From assembly GCF_006345805.1 (NCBI RefSeq), contig NC_043007.1, positions 34,224,001 to 34,288,000 of the forward strand: 64,000 nucleotides of DNA, given 5' to 3'. Each line of letters begins with the position of its first letter. Position 1 is the first letter of the stretch. The translations under genes were made by a program, and so were the position numbers. This stretch comes from Octopus sinensis. Taxonomy: Eukaryota. The notes under the pieces are model-generated. The model searched no databases. It saw nothing but the letters and a program-made list of their open reading frames with translations, and was not told the DNA's origin. Below, one piece after another: positions 1-11,448 of the stretch.

Positions 1-15
1 AGTACAGGGTGGTGT

Positions 16-1562
16 TCATGTAAAGAGTTCAGGCCACTTGAGGTCCAGGGAGGCTTTGAACAAAGCGGTCGTCGGCATCTTCACCATCTCGTCTGGCGGC
101 TTGTTCCACGGATCCGCAACCCGGACGGAGAAAGCTCCTCTCCTTCGATTGAGATGAATCGTCGCAGGTAGAGCTTTTTCGGATGACCCGCAGCCGACGC
201 TCTGAGCAGCAGAGTGAAGAACAGCTCTTTCGAGAGGTTACACTTTCCGCTTGATGTTGTGGGGCGAGAATGAGATCACCACGGCGGCGGCGTTTTTTCA
301 AGAGAATAAAGGTCGAGCGTCCTCAGCTTTTCTTCGTAGGACAAATTTTGAGACCATGAACCATGCGGGTAGCCAGCTTCTGGACTCTTTCGAGATGCTG
401 TATGTCTTTGAGGAGATAAGAAGAGGCTTGAATCCCATACTCCAATATGGGTCTCACCAACGTGACATAGAGTGGTAGGAATATGGCTGCTGTGAGCATT
501 CCGAATGACCGTCGAATCAAGAACAGAATTCCGCGTGCTTTGTTGGCAGCATGGACGCACTGGGCCGAAGGCGAAAGGAGGAATCCACCAAGATACCCAG
601 GTCCTTTACCTGATCGGTCCTCTCCAGCAGCAGACGACCCGGCTCGAAATCAAGTTGAGTTGCAGGAGTAGAGCCGACAGGCAGATGACAGCACTTTGAC
701 ACGTTCAGACACAGGTCCCAATCGTTAGACCACTTCCAATTTGGTGGAGGCATCGACGAAGATCCTCTATATTACCGCGAGGAGCGACCAGTTGATATCG
801 TCGGCAAATAGAAGGGTGTGTTGCGTGAGGTCGTCGGGCAAGTCATTTGAAGACTAAGAACAAGGGCCCAAGCACTGAACCTTGAGGCACGCCACTGCTC
901 GCACTGGAGACGTCGGACCGCGAACCATTAACTTGGACTTGAAGGGAGCAATCTGAGAGGAAGGCACCAACCCATCGTACAATATCCGGATGGAACTATA
1001 TGCTTGAAGCTTGACAAGTAATAGGCGGTGTTTACCGATCAAAAGCTTTGGCAAAGTCCAATAAAACGATGTTAACAGCATCACTATCATCGAGGATGCG
1101 CGTCACCAATTCTTCCATACTAGTAAGTTGGTCAAGCATGATCTCTTCGCACGCACGAAGCCGTGTTGGGAATCAGAGATAGAGGCTGTGTTTAGGAGGT
1201 GGAGCATCATACTTTTCTTAAGGATGGTTTCGAACATCTTGCTGATTATTGATGTAAGGGAACCGGTCGGTAGTTAAGCGGGTCTTCGCGGCTCCCTTTC
1301 TTGAAATTGGCAGATTATCGCTGTTCTCCAGTCTGCAGGTATAACACCCGTCGCCAATGACATACTGAATAGTCGTGTTAAGGGCTCGCAGATGACCGGA
1401 GCCAACGCTTTGATAACCCGTGGGTGTATGCCGTCAGGGCCGTGACCCTTGTTGACATCGAGGCCTTGAATAACACGTTTGACTTCGTCCCGCGTGATGA
1501 CCAATCGAAGCATTGGAGGTACCGATCTATCAAACGTAGGGGGTTCACGACCATCATCTTGT
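16..1562 (-). mobile_element. 5'-truncated CR1-clade LINE, RT and C-terminus, frameshifted
   Basis: Frames stitch to KGHGPDGIHPRVIKAL...DWRTA, FAKAFD-type, GVPQGSVLGPLLF, LFADDI, YVTLVRPILEY, LERVQKLATRMV and FSVRVADPWNK...FKASLDLKWPELFT* (stop at 16-18). It is much more GC-rich than the flanks. Confidence 0.93.
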
Positions 1563-1675
1563 TTGTGTGACTATGTGTGTGTGTGCGCATGCGTGCACGT
1601 TGGATTGTGTGAGAGTGACTGAAATATAAGAAAAAGAAAGCAATCCGAAAAACTGTATAATATGTTAACCTTTTG

Positions 1676-1716
1676 AAAATGGCGTGTTTCCATCGAATTA
1701 GACTAATTCACCAATC
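1676..1716 (+). promoter_or_regulatory. Possible promoter motifs: YY1-like AAAATGGCG and CCAAT box
   Basis: AAAATGGCG at 1676-1684 and CCAATCAC at 1711, in unique sequence upstream of ATG 1916 and a GTAAGA donor at 2051. Motif match only. Confidence 0.2.
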
Positions 1717-2116
1717 ACGACAGAGAAATGACACGAGTGAGATAAATAGAATATATTTAAAAATCCTAAAGTGACACACCACCTCAAACAGCAAGAAAGG
1801 GCACCACCGTGATCATCACAAGCGAAAACAACAACACAAACAACAGGGAAACATGACCTGCTGCATTTATAACACATCACGAAATGCTAACTAGTAAATA
1901 CTGGCCAAGGATTGGATGGAGGCTTACGAAAAGGATAAAGCATTACTTCGATATCCGGCAACTTCCAGAAGTACTACAAGGGTACCTACTCTTAACCACA
2001 CCTTTCATGCTATATGTACAAGAGTTTCTCAAAGGAACAACATCTTGTCCGTAAGAGCATTTATGTATGTATGCATGCATGACTTAGTGTATACACACAT
2101 ATATCTATACACACCT

Positions 2117-2175
<59 letters not shown>

Positions 2176-2680
2176 ATATATATAATATATATATCAAAAT
2201 AAGCAACAAGGATATCCAGAGGTAATGCAGTACGATCGTTTCATGCGACTCCATTTAATTGAATAATGCAAACATTACATCAATTTATATATGATTAGAT
2301 GCAACGAACAGGAGAAAGAGTACTAGTTACCATGTTAAGTATTTTCGACAGAATCAGTAACACTGCTACTCTGAATTGCCACGGGAGACTCATTTATCAA
2401 ATATAAGCTACACAAAACTCCGAAGGAACGCATGTATGAAACTGATTGGATGGAACCAACAAATGTAACTACCGTTCAGCTTGCAAGATGAAGCCAAATG
2501 TGTATAGCACTCTTGCTGGCCTCTACTAGGACGTATCATCACCACTCTTTGGTATTTATTGTGCTTTTAGCACAACAAATCCGTAAGTGATGCTATCTCA
2601 GATCAAATACAGCTGTACCTGGTCAATCATGGTGTGTATACATGAAGTAAATTATATACATCTCTCTCTCTCTCTCTCTC

Positions 2681-2726
<46 letters not shown>

Positions 2727-2732
2727 ATAATA

Positions 2733-3062
2733 TGAAGGGTGCAATTGGTAAATTGTCGCCATTTTATATTTTTAAGTTTGCACGTTCGCATAGATTGTTT
2801 TTGATTTTGTCAAGTACACGGTATAGTAGGGTCAGTTCTACGCTATCTGTGAGAAAAACAACACAATTTCTGCAACCACATCACCCCTAACATCTGGCTA
2901 CTTAACTCCTAACTGGAGGTCGTTGTTGAAGCCAATGGCGATTTTATTGACTAAATTTACTCTTTAGTTTTGAGATGTCTTTATGTAATTTTGGTAAATG
3001 TATCTATGAAAATGAGATGTCAGTGATTTTCATATTTGCGTAATTTTATTCACTGCACCCTG
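2733..3062. mobile_element. Degenerate Tc1/mariner-type MITE
   Basis: Imperfect TIRs (..AGGGTGCAATTGGTAAATTG / TAATTTTATTCACTGCACCCTG-TA) embedded in (TA)n. Confidence 0.5.
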
Positions 3063-3086
3063 TAATTATATATATATATATATATA

Positions 3087-3136
<50 letters not shown>

Positions 3137-3214
3137 ATATATATATATATTATCATATATATATCATATATAAAATATGTGTTATGTATATGTGTGTGTA
3201 TGTATGTATGTATA

Positions 3215-3400
3215 TGCACAGACAGACCTGACTCTCAGTCGGTTACAAATGTTCAAGTTGATTCGTTCAACTGAACGACCTGCTGAGTTGACTGGACCAT
3301 CGAGAAATAGAATGTCTTGCTCAAGGACACAACGCGTGATCCGGAACCGAATTCATGACCTTATGATCGCAAGATGAGTACCCTGAGCCATGCATCTTCA
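3215..3400 (-). mobile_element. tRNA-derived SINE, head group B, truncated
   Basis: Reverse complement matches the 54728 head (..CGCGTTGTGTCCTTGAGCAAGACA..). Confidence 0.75.
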
Positions 3401-3519
3401 CATATACACAGATAGATGCACATATATACTTATACAAGCATATACAAATATATTATATTCATTATAAAATTATAGATATACATATACAGTTATTGCATAA
3501 ACTTCAAAACATATTGGGG

Positions 3520-3686
3520 ACAAACCAATTACACTGACCCCAGAGCTCAAATCGTACATATTTTATTGACCCTGGAATGAAGAAAGGCAAATTCGACCTT
3601 GGCGGAATTTGAACTCGGAACATAAAGCCGGACAAAATGCCGCTAAGCGTTCTACCTGGCGTGCTAACAACTCTGCCAGCTCGGCC
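3520..3686 (-). mobile_element. SINE group D
   Basis: Reverse complement of GAGCTGGCAGA..GAGTTCAAATTCCGCC..TTTGCCTTTC motif shared with 6021. Confidence 0.8.
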
Positions 3687-3873
3687 TCTTAAACTTCAAA
3701 ATATATCATGCGTATATGCATATAGTGTAAGCATGGATGTGAAATAAGCTTATTAATGAGCAAAAAATACATAGAACTTGCAATGTATGTCACCCTCTAT
3801 TGAATGAGTTTGTGTAAATAAAAACCTGCCAATGAATTACACTAAATTGAATGAAAAGGAATTCTGGCTATAC

Positions 3874-3962
3874 CTGATAAGATAAGCTCAGAAAAAAAAT
3901 TGCCTGCAGCTGGATTCCATTCTGCTACAATACCAGCAAATTGCATCAAATTTCGCTTGGAT
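3874..3962 (-). CDS. Candidate internal coding exon (R)SKRNLMQFAGIVAEWNPAAGNFFSELILS(G), secreted-precursor-like
   Basis: ttttcttgcAG acceptor and CAG/GTATAG donor. 89 nt, only one open frame, phase 2 to 1, in phase with the exon at 5679-5790. Confidence 0.6.
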
Positions 3963-4183
3963 CTGCAAGAAAATCAGAATAATGTATAATTGGTTTTCAC
4001 ACACTTTTGTCCATATATAGTGTATAAAAAAATTATATTCTCATTGGAACAAGGTTTCGTACTATAAAGTACTACAGAGTATTACAGAGTAATGTTCAAA
4101 TGAAGTAAATGACTTATGTACATTTAGTTTACACACACACACACACACACACATGCTCACACGCACACACATATACACATACA

Positions 4184-4802
4184 TACTCTTTTACTCGTTT
4201 ACTTGTTTCAGTCATTTTACTGCAGCCATGGAGAGCACCGCCTCTAGTCGAATAAATCGACCCCAGGATTTATTCCTTGGAAGCCCAGTACTTATTCTAT
4301 CGATCCCTCCTGCCGAACCGCCATGTTACGAGGACGTAAACACACCAGCATCAGTTGTCAAGCGATGTTGGGGGGACACAGACATACAAACATATACACA
4401 CACATATACATATATACATACATACGACTGGCTTCTTTCAGTTTCCGTCTATCAAATCCACTCACAAAGCTTTGGTCGGCCCGTAGCTATAGTTGAGGAC
4501 ACTTGCCCAAGGTGCCACGCAGCCGAACCGCCATATTACGAGGATGTAAACACACCAGCATCGGTTGTCAAGCGATGTTGGGGGAACAAACGCAGACACA
4601 CAAACACATACACACATATACATACATATACATATATACGACTGGCCTCTTTCAGTTTCCGTCTACCAAATCCACTCACAAGGCTTTGGCTGGCCCGAGG
4701 CTATAGTAGAAGACACTTGCCCAAGGTCCCGCGCAGTGGGACTGAACCCGGAACCATGTGGTTGATAAGCAAGCTACTTACCACACAGTCACAACTGCAC
4801 CC
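4184..4802 (-). mobile_element. SINE group A (CORE-like head, internal microsatellite, CR1-like tail) with an internal ~205-bp tandem duplication
   Basis: Head has CACCTTGGGCAAGTGTCTTC. The segment GCCGAACCGCC..CCCAAGGT occurs twice (about 4314-4519 and 4520-4727). Confidence 0.9.
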
Positions 4803-4860
<58 letters not shown>

Positions 4861-5274
4861 CATACATATATATATACACACACACACACACATATATATA
4901 CATTACATATGTGTGTGTTTGTGCATATACATATATATTTGTATATTGGTATGCACCATATAAATAAGTATGTATTCTTGCATTCCTAGTTTCACTATAA
5001 CGGATTAAATGATTTACATAAATAATAAATTCTTGGCAACTTTAACAAAGTTTCGCGCTGCTGCAATAACATAAGATGGAATAAATCTAAGAATTCGGCA
5101 GACATTCCATTGGCAAATAAGCTGAATTGTAGGAACTTGATAGATAGATAAATACATACATACATATACATACGTGTATACGCACTGATATATACAAATA
5201 TGTATATTTGTATATATATATATATATGTATATACATACATGCATATATATATATATACATATATATATACACA

Positions 5275-5305
<31 letters not shown>

Positions 5306-5384
5306 CGGCTCACACTCACATGCATTCACGCACTCATATATGTATATGCATGTATGTATGTAAGTACGTACGTATGTATGTCTG

Positions 5385-5418
<34 letters not shown>

Positions 5419-5678
5419 TGTAGGCATGTAGGTAGGTAGGTAGGTAGGTAGGTAGGTAGGTAGGTAGGTAGGCAACATAGTAAATTTGGCATTAGAATAC
5501 TTACAATTACAACCACAAACAAACACGCGCACCTAAATGTGTTCGCGAGTATGTTTATGTGTGAATAAATGTCAAATAAGTTTATCTTCGTACCTATAAT
5601 AAGAATAATTTCAGCATTATAGACTGCGTGATTAAAGTACAAATCTCTCTCTACGAAAAATTCCTAAGAATAACCTAC

Positions 5679-5790
5679 CTAGTTTCGAGTGTTATTGCCG
5701 CCTCATCAATTTTATATGCTCCAGATAGTTTCCAGAAAATGGAGACAATTAAGAGCTACTTATGCACAAGGAGGCAATTGAGAACTTCAT
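5679..5790 (-). CDS. Candidate first coding exon (signal peptide and propeptide) with an apparent 1-nt frameshift
   Basis: gatAG/ATG AAG TTC gives MKFSIASLCIS. After a one-base shift it continues LLIVSIFWKLSGAYKIDEAAITLET, ending AG/GTAGGT (phase 2). Confidence 0.5.
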
Positions 5791-5824
5791 CTATCAATTT
5801 AAAATAGTAAGCTAAAATAATAGG

Positions 5825-5827
<3 letters not shown>

Positions 5828-5916
<89 letters not shown>
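5828..5916. repeat. (TG)n microsatellite
   Basis: Pure dinucleotide run. Confidence 0.97.
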
Positions 5917-5919
<3 letters not shown>

Positions 5920-6020
5920 CTGTGTCCATGCATGACAGAGAAAGTTTAAAATGAAACTAGTAAAATCCAATTAAGTCGAAGAAATACTTTTCCTGTGACG
6001 GTAATACTTTGATAAGTATT

Positions 6021-6252
6021 AGGCGGCGAGCTGGCAGAAACGTTAGCACGCCGGGCGAAGTGCTTAGCGGTATTTCGCCTGTCGTTACGTTGTGAGTTCA
6101 AATTCCGCCGAGGTCGACTTTGCCTTTCATCCTTTCGGGGTCGATAAATTAAGTACCAGTAACGCACTGGGGTCGATGTAATCGACTTAATACCTATGTC
6201 TGTCCTTGTTTGTCCCCTCTATGTTTAGCCCCTTGTGGGCAGTAAAGAAATA
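6021..6252 (+). mobile_element. SINE group D, full copy with 18-bp TSD
   Basis: GGTAATACTTTGATAAGT flanks both sides (6000-6017 and 6253-6270). Confidence 0.92.
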
Positions 6253-6270
6253 GGTAATACTTTGATAAGT

Positions 6271-6880
6271 TTCGGCTAGTATTGATCCAGGCCATTTCTA
6301 ACTTAATAACATCCATTGCAAAACACATTTAAAACTCTTTCATATGAGTCATTCTTTGGGCACCATAGCCCATTCAATAGTTATGATTTGCAGAGATATA
6401 TCTGAGGGTAGATGGTTTATCGGGAATTCGTTGGAGATATTTGACAAAAAACCATTTGAATGTAGGGGGATATTTTCCTTCTTTCATGTGTCTTGCTATG
6501 ATGTTAAAGATATCAGAGCCAGTTGAGTGCTGTGATGTGATGCGAACATGACTTTTGTAGAGGACAGATAACAAGGGGACCAAGCTTTGAGTGAATTTTT
6601 AAGTGGATGCTGACATCATCTGGGCAGTGCTGTTGAAATATTTTCCACATTATGCAAATGATATAGCGCTCACGGCGATAAAGGAGGGAATAAAGACTGA
6701 GTTTCTTGAGACGATGTCGATAATCAAGTCCTGTCATATCTTCTGTTTTCCTTGTGATCGATCTCTGGAATGCTACAGTTTTTATAATATCCTGTTTCAG
6801 GTAGGGAAACCACAACGGACAACAGTATTCGAGCTACAGACGGGCGAATATGTAGAGAAGTGAAGGATAATGGTAAGAGG
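6271..6880 (-). mobile_element. Degenerate CR1-clade LINE 3' fragment (second family)
   Basis: FQRSITRK..GLDYRHRLKKLSLYSLLYRRERYII..WKI; FNIIARH..FK...IPDKP. Confidence 0.85.
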
Positions 6881-6892
6881 GTCTCTAGACCG

Positions 6893-6894
<2 letters not shown>

Positions 6895-6967
<73 letters not shown>

Positions 6968-7045
6968 CATCATCATTATTATTATTATTACTGTTATTAT
7001 TATTATCATCATCATCATCACCATCATTATTATCATCATCATTTA
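6895..7045. repeat. Compound (ATT)n/(CAT)n microsatellite, duplicated at 8639-8820
   Basis: Both copies share the same interruptions and the same 3' flank. Confidence 0.9.
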
Positions 7046-7339
7046 GAGGGCGAGCTGGCAGAATGCTTAGGATGCAGGAGGATACCCAGCGGGCCATATC
7101 AAATTTTTTTGTCTATGTTGTTGTCGACATTTACTCTGAGGTACCCAGTAAAGCTTGGCGCGATAAGATTTTCACCAGAGGGAACAAGCATGAAAATTCA
7201 TGTTCAAGAAGTAGAAAGAGCGCTGCGATATTATTACAGCATCTGTTTATATACCAAAAAAAAATACTTACATAATAAAAATTATTTCAGATTTAATCAC
7301 ACACAAGCTGCCTCCTTTAGAGAGATTTAGAAATAATAT

Positions 7340-7687
7340 ATATGCTGAGACCCACTTCGGTGATGACTGACCATCGGATTGCACCTAGAAAGTTACCCTC
7401 TCAGGCACAAGTCCGCGGCAAGATTGTTTATGGAAGAACAGCAGTTGCCCATGCATACCGGCCTCCCCTCTCCACGACACCAGTGTTATCCAAGGGAAAG
7501 GCAAAGGAGCCGATACAGCATGGCACCTGTGACGTCGCAACTCATTTCTAGAGCTGAGTGAACTGGAGCAACGTGAAATAAAGTGTCTGGCTCAAGAACA
7601 CAACACGCAGCCCGATCCGGGATTCGAACTCACAACCTCACGATCGTAAGCCCGACGCTCCAACCACTGGGCCATGCGCCTTCACAT
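7340..7687 (-). mobile_element. SINE head B with tail X
   Basis: tRNA-like head (TGGCCCAGTGGTTGG..GTTCGAATCCC) followed by a tail not seen in other copies. Confidence 0.85.
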
Positions 7688-7736
7688 TGATATATATATA
7701 TATAAATATATATATATATATTATATATATATATAT

Positions 7737-7767
<31 letters not shown>

Positions 7768-7854
7768 TAAATATATATATATATACATATATGTATATAT
7801 ACATATATATACATAAATACATATATATATATATATATATAGACATATATATAC

Positions 7855-7891
<37 letters not shown>

Positions 7892-7892
7892 G

Positions 7893-7926
<34 letters not shown>

Positions 7927-8039
7927 TACTATATATATATACATACATATAAATACATACATACATGTATATATATATGTACACACACATATATATATAT
8001 ATACATACATATATAAATACATACATACATGTATATATA

Positions 8040-8077
<38 letters not shown>

Positions 8078-8401
8078 TTATATTGTGATGGACATATATA
8101 CATATTTACGTATATTACGTATGCATACGTACAAATCATCGTAAGCAACAGGGTATGACATAGATAGCACACACGCGCATTCCCACACACGAGCACACTC
8201 AAACTGACGCACATATCCATCCATACAATGAGGTGCTGTATCGTACAGATAATCACAACCAACGGCAGTCAAAATATTACGTCAGGAAGTGAATGATTTG
8301 CATGACATTATTTATGAGAAAGAATTCAAATATTTTTAATATTTCAACTATCTGCTGACGTCATTATTGTCATTACTATTATTATTATTATTATTATTAT
8401 T

Positions 8402-8638
8402 AGGGTTTTTTTCCTTCTTTCTTCAAATTTTCGTCCGTTCTCGCCGAGTGTTTTCCATACACCTAGGGCAGAGAAGGGCATTGTATGCATTCCCAGATTA
8501 CACGCGCAAATTCACAGATAAAATATGTATTTAAAAATTAATAAATAAATAAATTCATGGATGGATGTTATTTTCACAGCAATAATGCTCTTCTCAGTAC
8601 ATGAGCCGTTCCAGTTAATACGATTTTTTGCACTTCCT

Positions 8639-8640
<2 letters not shown>
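8402..8640 (-). mobile_element. R4/Dong-clade non-LTR element 3' end inserted in (TAA)n
   Basis: Encodes IQEVQKIVLTGTAHVLRRALLL*, typical of the restriction-like endonuclease C-terminus, with (ATT)n on both sides. Confidence 0.75.
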
Positions 8641-8693
<53 letters not shown>

Positions 8694-8695
8694 CA

Positions 8696-8741
<46 letters not shown>

Positions 8742-8821
8742 CATCATCATTATTATTATTATTACTGTTATTATTATTATTATCATCATCATCATCACCA
8801 TCATCATTATCATCATCATTT

Positions 8822-8990
8822 AGAGGGCGAGCTGGCAGAATGCTTAGCGTTATTCCGTCTGTCCTTAAGCTGTGAATTCAAAATTCCGCCGAGGTTGACT
8901 TTGCCTTTCATCCTTTTGGGGTCGATAAATTAAGTACCAGGGGCGTGGTGGGGTTGATCTAATCGACTGGCCTCCTAACCAAAAATTTCA
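8822..8990 (+). mobile_element. SINE group D, internally deleted
   Basis: GGCGAGCTGGCAGAA..AAATTCCGCCGAGG..GGGGTCGATAAATTAAGTACC. Confidence 0.85.
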
Positions 8991-8994
8991 GGCG

Positions 8995-9435
8995 AAGGCG
9001 CACACCCATGTCTAAAGAGCTTATCTCGAACCGGTAAAGCTTCTTTGTAACATTGCCAGGCCAGGGACTTTTGGTAATTACCCACGGGCCCCGGCCCGAA
9101 TGTTCTTTGGAACAGGCTGGCCAGTTGATCCTCTTCGAAGCCTAGAGTTTCTCCCAGGACGTCATTATACTTAAACTCTACTAACCCTCTACAGAAGAAC
9201 GAGGTAGTACGCCCGCCACCGACGTTGCCCGACTGGTAGAGAAACACGAATGCCTGGTGGCACTCTGCATGTCACACGCCCAACCTCGGTCTACACTTGA
9301 TCCATGGGTTCAGTTTGGTAAACGATGTGAACTGTGGAAATAACAGCTTGACAAACGGAGACCACACCTGCTCACCGTCCAGGTAAAACCAGAGGAGCCT
9401 AAGCCTGAGTGGCAAAGCAACAGGTAGAAAGAGAG
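8995..9435 (-). mobile_element. Tx1/L1-clade LINE ORF2 fragment
   Basis: LRLLWFYLDGEQVWSPFV...YQKSLAWQCYKEALPVRDKLFRHG (zf-RVT-proximal region). Confidence 0.8.
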
Positions 9436-9849
9436 AGAGAGAGGTGAAGACTTCGTACTGCCTGTCTGCCTCTCTGAACGGATGCGTTTGTGTATGTGTG
9501 TGCATGTATGTGTATGTTTGTATGTATATGATACTGCGTGTTGCCGTTTTGAATTCCTTTCTACGACTGACCTTAAACTGCTGTTAAAAACCCAACCACG
9601 CGCTCACACACACTTGTTATAACCCATTTCAACTGCAGCTATACACCAAAATATGTGGTAAGTGTTTTGATCCAAAATTTAAATTTTGAATTTGATTTCA
9701 TTATAAAATTACACCTCAGCTAAAATCATCTTTCGGCATCGGAATACAATGTCTTTTTTCTTTCTATATTTTTTAAGTTAGAATTTCTCGCTCATTTGTT
9801 GATGTGTCATCATTACACCCACATTACACCTTTAAGATAGGGGAACCAG

Positions 9850-9945
9850 AAGGTGGTGAGCTAGCAGAAACGTTAGCACGCCGGGCGAAATGCTTAGCAG
9901 TATTTTCTCTGTCTTTACGTTCTGAGATCAAATTCCGCCGAAGGT
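9850..9945 (+). mobile_element. SINE group D head
   Basis: GAGCTAGCAGAAACGTTAGCACGCCGGGCGAAATGC. Confidence 0.8.
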
Positions 9946-10387
9946 AAAGACAGACGCTCACAATATACAAACATTTCTCATGGCACCAGCACACTGTTTA
10001 CAGATGCTTTCATTCTTTATGTCTTCCATGAATCTTTCACGGGTCCAGCTAATTATTATTATTATTATTCGGTAATAAATCGTATGGTTTACATCTGGTA
10101 GTTTGCCGGTAAAGCACGTTCACTGGCTCAGTGTTCGTTGAGCATGTAATTAACGAGAGAGACACATCAACGCCGAGGTATTCACCTAAACCAGAAGTTC
10201 AGGATCCCACCCGCGTGGGATCGATTCTAGATGGATCGAAACAATTGCTGTGATCAATAAAAATTCTCGTATCTTCCATCTTCCATCTTCCGCTTCTCTG
10301 ATTAATTAAATATATATAAATGTGTGTGTGTCTGTTTATATGTTTGTGTGTGTGTGTGTGTGTGTGCGTGTGTGTGCGTTTATTTGT

Positions 10388-10423
<36 letters not shown>

Positions 10424-11255
10424 GCTGTAATAATTAAGGTGGCTAGACGTAATTCAAAACCAAAATGAAATAATTCACCGTCGGAATTATGTGGCGAAGT
10501 TTTCAGGGAGCACCACCATTAATACAAATAATAATCAAAGAATTCTTCTGTCACAGAAACCCATTTTCTATTTGCTGACAGGGGAGACAACCTCCCCACT
10601 GCAAGTGAGTTGCAGTAGATTGGCATGGAAGTTACACTTGAAATTTAATGTTCATCAGTAATGCTTGCTCCAGTGCTGATGGTGAAGTTAAATTCCACCC
10701 CTTCAGTATATACAGATTTTACCATAGGAATCAGTAGCTGATTCCACAAAATGGTAATGTGAAAATTATAAGATATAAATTATAAGGTGGCTAGAGGCAA
10801 TTGAAAACCAAAAAGATATACTTTACTGTCACTAAAATGGTACGAAGGGTGCAGGCAACACTAACATTGCTAGAAATAAGAGTTAAAGAACTCTTTATCA
10901 ACGGAAGCACATTTTCTATTTACTGACAGTGGAGATGGTGGACTATTTCTTTTCTGAAGGATAAAACATCAAGGAGCTTTCTTGACACAAAATACGCATA
11001 CAACAGGGGCTGAGATTATCCACGCAATTAGTTTTAGAAAATGTCAATATTGGAAAAATTACTTAAAAGCCTAAAAGAAAATGTCTGTTCGTTTCTCCAG
11101 TTTAGTTGGCCCTTAAGGTAATATCCCGCTTGCATTTACAGTATAATATGTTATCTTCTTTGAATATTATTTTTAGACTCTCAATACCCTCACATGGAGA
11201 TTTTGTCTGCTAATTGAAACGATAATCTCAGTTAATCGAGTTTTTTCTTCCATAC

Positions 11256-11448
11256 TTTAAATATTCCATATGTGAGAGGAAACTCAATTGATTTTGCATT
11301 TAATATGCAATACGGCTTCTTAATGCAATTTCCCTCAGCACAATTGTGCACTCTTCCTGCAATATTTGGCCTTGAGCTAATGTCAGAAATATACAGATTT
11401 CTTTTAACGTCAGTGTGTGAACGAACGACCAAGGCCTGTTTAATATTA
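11256..11448 (-). CDS. Candidate coding exon NIKQALVVRSH...NCAEGNCIKKPYCILNAKSIEFPLTYGIFK, unknown product
   Basis: ttttactgtgttAG acceptor and AAA/GTATGG donor; 64 open codons in unique sequence. Confidence 0.3.

Noticed and set aside
2192-2650. Repeat-like segment possibly a PLE tail with an HHR on the minus strand
   Set aside because: The core is too degenerate (TTGATAA) and no convincing stem I was found.
5014-5140. [10 protein letters not shown].. resembling an ion-channel S4 segment
   Set aside because: Short, poor splice context, no supporting exons; likely chance.
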